Of a DNA stretch of 37,019 bases, positions 35,069-37,019 are shown piece after piece (positions within the stretch are counted from its first letter, which is position 1; each line of letters starts with the position of its first letter). The position numbers and the translations under genes were made by a program. This stretch comes from a virus (taxonomy: Duplodnaviria; Caudoviricetes): positions 1 to 37,019 of IMG/VR virus record IMGVR_UViG_3300019765_000010; one strand, 5' to 3'. The notes below the pieces were generated by a model. The model ran no database searches. It was not told the origin of the DNA and saw nothing but the letters and a program-made list of their open reading frames with translations.

Positions 35069-35239
35069 CTAATTTAGAATTTTGCGACAAATACGTTTAC
35101 ATGTTGCCTGATCATCATCGCACTCAATTAGACAGTCAAAATAATCATTAACAAGATCGAGTTCCTCATTACATCGGGTTAAGGTACACTCAATATGCAT
35201 CCACTCTGCTAATTGATTGCGAGAAATGATATTGTGCAT
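35069..35239 (-). CDS. Small Cys-rich protein (CxxxC...CxxxC)
   Basis: MHNIISRNQLAEW...YFDCLIECDDDQATCKRICR; GGAGGTGA SD directly upstream; CTAAATA at 35323-35329. Confidence 0.8.
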   Translation of the reverse strand: MHNIISRNQLAEWMHIECTLTRCNEELDLVNDYFDCLIECDDDQATCKRICRKILN

Positions 35240-35393
35240 ATCACCTCCATGCAATTTTACACATTACAAAAATGACAAAAGAATTTGATCTCAGGTCATA
35301 ACTGTACCTCTGAATTCTACCATATTTAGAACGATTGTGTGTAAATTAATACAGTCAGGTAATAAAAATTTATGCCTACGAGTTTATACTCAT

Positions 35394-35424
35394 AAAAAAA
35401 AAGAGAGGTTAATTAACCTCTCTT
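35394..35424 (-). terminator. Rho-independent terminator closing the riboswitch operon
   Basis: Perfect palindrome AAGAGAGGTTAATTAACCTCTCTT followed by a T-tract on the minus strand. Confidence 0.85.
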
Positions 35425-35508
35425 AATTAGTAAGATTTCTCCATATATGATAGTTATAAATGCAATACAAAATAGAGATAGAATTCCTGCTACTTGTAGT
35501 GCTTCCAC
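35413..35508 (-). CDS. 31 aa single-pass membrane micropeptide
   Basis: Not in the track. GTG start; MEALQVAGILSLFCIAFITIIYGEILLIKRG; fills the gap between the DUF4278-like gene and the terminator. Confidence 0.6.
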   Translation of the reverse strand: MEALQVAGILSLFCIAFITIIYGEILLIKRG

Positions 35509-35512
35509 AACA

Positions 35513-35677
35513 TCACTTCTGATAAGTATGACCGCGATAGCAAAATGTTCCATGAACTTCATCAACATTTTGCTTGCACTCAAACTTTACACCACGATAT
35601 GTGGTCATAGCAATTTGTGCATCGTGCAGTGCTGCTGCTTTTTGAATCTGCTTTTTGATCAGAGAAAGTGTGTTCAT
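35513..35677 (-). CDS. DUF4278-like small protein
   Basis: Not in the track. AGGAG SD; MNTLSLIKKQIQKAAALHDAQIAMTTYRGVKFECKQNVDEVHGTFCYRGHTYQK has two YRG motifs. Confidence 0.8.
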   Translation of the reverse strand: MNTLSLIKKQIQKAAALHDAQIAMTTYRGVKFECKQNVDEVHGTFCYRGHTYQK

Positions 35678-35715
35678 TGTAGGTTCTCCTGAAAGAGTAG
35701 GGTGAATTTAATCTC

Positions 35716-35896
35716 CCGTTCCTTCAGTCGTTTGCGTCCCATGGACATTCAGGTGTTGCTTCTTGAATTACTTCAATAAGCTCAACCTTAACTTGATTAT
35801 TTAAATTTTCATTAGCATTAATGCGACTAATCATGTCAGCAGCATCAGTACAATGAATACTCGAATAAAATAATAAATCAAACATGGGATGAACGC
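35716..35896 (-). promoter_or_regulatory. Second glnA-type glutamine aptamer, interrupted by an ORF-containing P2 loop
   Basis: CGTTCA-TCCCATG...[139 nt]...CATGGGA-CGCAAACGACTGAA-GGAACGG; same flanking blocks as aptamer 1. Confidence 0.6.
35724..35885 (-). CDS. 53 aa ORF nested in the riboswitch aptamer
   Basis: Not in the track. MFDLLFYSSIHCTDAADMISRINANENLNNQVKVELIEVIQEATPECPWDAND; GGAG 10 nt upstream of the ATG. Confidence 0.7.
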   Translation of the reverse strand: MFDLLFYSSIHCTDAADMISRINANENLNNQVKVELIEVIQEATPECPWDAND

Positions 35897-35897
35897 T

Positions 35898-35938
35898 CCG
35901 TTCCGCGACTTACTTGCGTCCCCGAAGGGATGAACGAC
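35898..35938 (-). promoter_or_regulatory. glnA-type (class I) glutamine riboswitch aptamer
   Basis: TCGTTCA-TCCC-TTCG-GGGA-CGCAAGTAAGTCGC-GGAACGG. P1 is CGTTC/GAACG and P2 has a cUUCGg tetraloop; it starts right at the predicted TSS. Confidence 0.8.
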
Positions 35939-35946
35939 CTGTGTAT

Positions 35947-35975
35947 ATTATAACTTATACATTCTATCTAGTCAA
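35947..35975 (-). promoter_or_regulatory. Sigma70-type promoter for the riboswitch operon
   Basis: TTGACT-17 bp-TATAAT. Confidence 0.85.
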
Positions 35976-35982
35976 GTTCTTT

Positions 35983-35998
35983 TGTAACATATGATACA
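35983..35998. promoter_or_regulatory. NtcA-type binding site
   Basis: TGTA-ACATATGA-TACA is a perfect TGTA-N8-TACA, 7 bp upstream of the -35. Confidence 0.7.
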
Positions 35999-36059
35999 AT
36001 TTTATAAAATCTTTACAGATCAAAATTTTTGGCGAATTTTTTTTCCCCGATCTGGGAAA

Positions 36060-36314
36060 TCACTTTCGCTTTTTGGTTTCGGGTGGTTTAACGCCCCACA
36101 ACTTAGGATTGATTCTTCCTTCAGTCTGATTCATGGTCACAAAATCTTTCCTATACTTATCATAATAATGGTCAAAGATTTCTACTTGTTTTGCTGCAGC
36201 AGCAATGTCATAATGTGACACTCCATCAATTTTATATTCTACTAGAAATGAGTTGTTAGGAAGTGTTCGATCTTCTGCAGGTTCTTTACCACAATCTTCA
36301 AAAAGTAGTTTCAT
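36060..36314 (-). CDS. Conserved hypothetical cyanophage protein
   Basis: Start MKLLFEDC; DRTLPNNSFLVEY...IFDHYYDKY...GRINPKLWG. Confidence 0.75.
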   Translation of the reverse strand: MKLLFEDCGKEPAEDRTLPNNSFLVEYKIDGVSHYDIAAAAKQVEIFDHYYDKYRKDFVTMNQTEGRINPKLWGVKPPETKKRK

Positions 36315-36319
36315 AAGTT

Positions 36320-36919
36320 TCAAGAACGACCTCCCCAATTAATGTCAGGATATGCTTCACTAACAACATCTTTTGTAATTTTATATCTTTCAGAAAGTTT
36401 TTTATCTTTAACCAAACAAATAATTTCTGCTTCAAGTGGATGCAATCCTTCAAGAAGATTAATAAACATAGATTCACGTCTAATTGAAGACAAATTTTGA
36501 TTACCACCTTTAACAAAATGATAAAAGTTTTTTGCTTCTCTACGAATTGTAGTTCTTGCTTGAGTATCACTCACTCCCATCGAAAAAGAACCCTTCTCAT
36601 ACATTAAACGAGTTGCTTCATCAATTTTTGTTGAAAGAGTTCCACTATAAGAAGTTTGGTCCGCATATCCAGAATACGGAACTTCTCCATCAGGAAGAAG
36701 CGAAATAACAGTTTCATCAAAGTTCCAAATAAACAGTGAAACTAGTGAATCATGCCTATACTTTTTAAGTACCTCTATTTTTTTTGCTTTTGTCCTTTGT
36801 TTAGAAGTTAAATCAAATACCTCAAACGCAAGGGGATTATTTGGAAGATCTTGAATTGGTGTAGAGGTACTTCTCTTTTTAGTCGTTGTTGTCGTCTTCT
36901 TCGATTTGGTTGTCGTCAT
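36320..36919 (-). CDS. Conserved hypothetical T4-like phage protein
   Basis: Start MTTTKSKK; FIWNFDE...LLPDGEVPY...RRESMFINLLEGLHPLEAE...AYPDI. Confidence 0.8.
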   Translation of the reverse strand: MTTTKSKKTTTTTKKRSTSTPIQDLPNNPLAFEVFDLTSKQRTKAKKIEVLKKYRHDSLVSLFIWNFDETVISLLPDGEVPYSGYADQTSYSGTLSTKIDEATRLMYEKGSFSMGVSDTQARTTIRREAKNFYHFVKGGNQNLSSIRRESMFINLLEGLHPLEAEIICLVKDKKLSERYKITKDVVSEAYPDINWGGRS

Positions 36920-37019
36920 AATAGTTTTCAAAATTAAATGCAATGACCTCATCAGGAATCAGGTTACCCTGATTATCAAACATTTCGGGGTGAGGTCTTG
37001 GTACTTCCCGATAGTTCAT
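36879..37019 (-). CDS. Hypothetical protein, probably 5'-truncated by the window edge
   Basis: Open frame from the edge: MNYREVPRPHPEMFDNQGNLIPDEVIAFNFENYYDDNQIEEDDNND*. Confidence 0.65.
   Translation of the reverse strand: MNYREVPRPHPEMFDNQGNLIPDEVIAFNFENYYDDNQIEEDDNND

Noticed and set aside
35069-35239. CP12 call for the Cys-rich protein
   Set aside because: It lacks the AWD.VEEL core and the CP12 C-terminal Cys spacing.
35447-35692. + strand 81 aa ORF
   Set aside because: Antisense to two better-supported minus-strand small ORFs that have SD, promoter and terminator context.
36298-36570. - strand 90 aa alternate-frame ORF
   Set aside because: It lies almost wholly within the conserved 36320..36919 gene.

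Overview
This window is a 37 kb segment of a T4-like cyanomyovirus (Kyanoviridae-like; probably a marine Synechococcus/Prochlorococcus host), almost all on the - strand. Left to right it holds: (i) an accessory block with a truncated SF2 DEAH helicase, a ParB/Srx-like protein and an N6-adenine methyltransferase split into two genes in permuted order; (ii) two large tail-fibre/structural proteins; (iii) four tRNAs (Ile-UAU, CAU, Val-UAC, Leu-UAA) downstream of an orphan Phd/YefM-like gene; (iv) a baseplate hub/spike/tape-measure module (split gp5, gp27-like, M23 peptidase, gp29-like, gp51, gp26, gp54-like) divergent from gp4, gp2, gp48 and gp53; (v) the conserved gp32-DUF1825-gp59-gp33-exonuclease-phoH-2OG oxygenase-thyX block; and (vi) a small nitrogen-responsive-looking operon that the ORF track misses. 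The most striking feature is in (vi). An NtcA-type box and sigma70 promoter precede tandem glnA-type glutamine riboswitch aptamers. The second aptamer appears to carry nearly all of a 53-codon ORF inside its P2 stem-loop, followed by a DUF4278-like gene, a membrane micropeptide and a terminator. All family calls come from motif recognition by eye, not database searches.
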